Positions 23,455-23,880 of a stretch of DNA of 23,880 nt are shown one piece after another. The DNA lies in contig JALJEE010001021.1 in NCBI GenBank assembly GCA_023231475.1, forward strand, positions 62,001 to 85,880, given 5' to 3'. This DNA comes from Seison nebaliae. Its lineage: Eukaryota. Below the pieces are notes generated by a model. It searched no databases. It was not told the DNA's origin and was given only the letters and a program-made list of their open reading frames with translations. The position numbers and the translations under genes were made by a program. Each line of letters begins with the position of its first letter. Within the stretch, counting starts at the first letter, position 1.

Positions 23455-23672
23455 TTTTTCTTACGAAATTTTTCTCTTCAATTCTACTTTTACACTCAAC
23501 TACACGTGTTTAACTTATTTCAAAAAAAAAACATGATTGATACAAATAATTTAAACTTAAACACGAAAAGAAAATATTTTCCAAATAACATTTGTATTGC
23601 TTCATTTTTTGTCATTTCTCTCTTGTTGAACAAATAAAATCTTTATATAATTATTTATTTATTATTAATTGG

Positions 23673-23879
23673 TTAAAATTCCCATGGGGATAAGCATGAA
23701 AAAAGAGAAAAAAAATCATCCTCTGTATCGATAAAAAGACGTAATTGATTGAGGGAATCGCGGTTAATAGGTAGAGTTGAGGTGGAATCGTATGTTGAGA
23801 TGAAATTCTTAAGATCGGTTACAGAAATGTTTGGAGATAACCGGTAATATCTGACAGTGTATGTGAAGACGGAATGGGT
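23673..23879 (-). CDS. 3' end of an unidentified protein-coding gene entering from the right edge (...THSVFTYTVRYYRLSPNISVTDLKNFISTYD...LNQLRLFIDTEDDFFSLFSCLSPWEF*)
   Basis: 68 open codons from the window edge to TAA at 23675-23673, higher GC than the flank, followed at once by AATAAA hexamers on the minus strand (~23665-23652). Absent from the ORF track because it has no start codon in the window. Confidence 0.6.
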   Translation of the reverse strand, partial: THSVFTYTVRYYRLSPNISVTDLKNFISTYDSTSTLPINRDSLNQLRLFIDTEDDFFSLFSCLSPWEF

Positions 23880-23880
23880 G

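Noticed and set aside
1..23880. tRNA, rRNA, snRNA, CRISPR array or alternative genetic code
   Set aside because: No such motifs seen by eye; all real genes translate cleanly with the standard code, and the broken frames at 2.5-9 kb include frameshifts, consistent with decay.

Overview
AT-rich eukaryotic (animal) genomic DNA from a compact genome with very short (41-51 nt) spliceosomal introns; no prokaryotic features. It holds four host genes. (1) A spliced minus-strand class C GPCR of the GPR158/GPR179/Drosophila CG31760 family (1856 to past base 1; 3 introns reconstructed). (2) An intronless 1041-aa GATAD2/p66/simjang NuRD subunit with large Q/N/H tracts and an expanded GATA-type zinc finger (18719-21844, +). 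(3) A two-exon, 234-aa HOIL-1/RBCK1-like RBR E3 ligase reduced to its catalytic module (23454-22709, -). (4) The 3' end of an unidentified gene at the right edge (-). Between about 2.5 and 9 kb are decayed mobile elements that the ORF track misses: Ty3/gypsy-like integrase, RT and RNase H motif relics on +, with one integrase upstream of RT, and a probable hAT transposase relic on -. About 9.5-18.7 kb is non-coding and microsatellite-rich. All family assignments come from manual translation and motifs recalled from memory; no database search was run.
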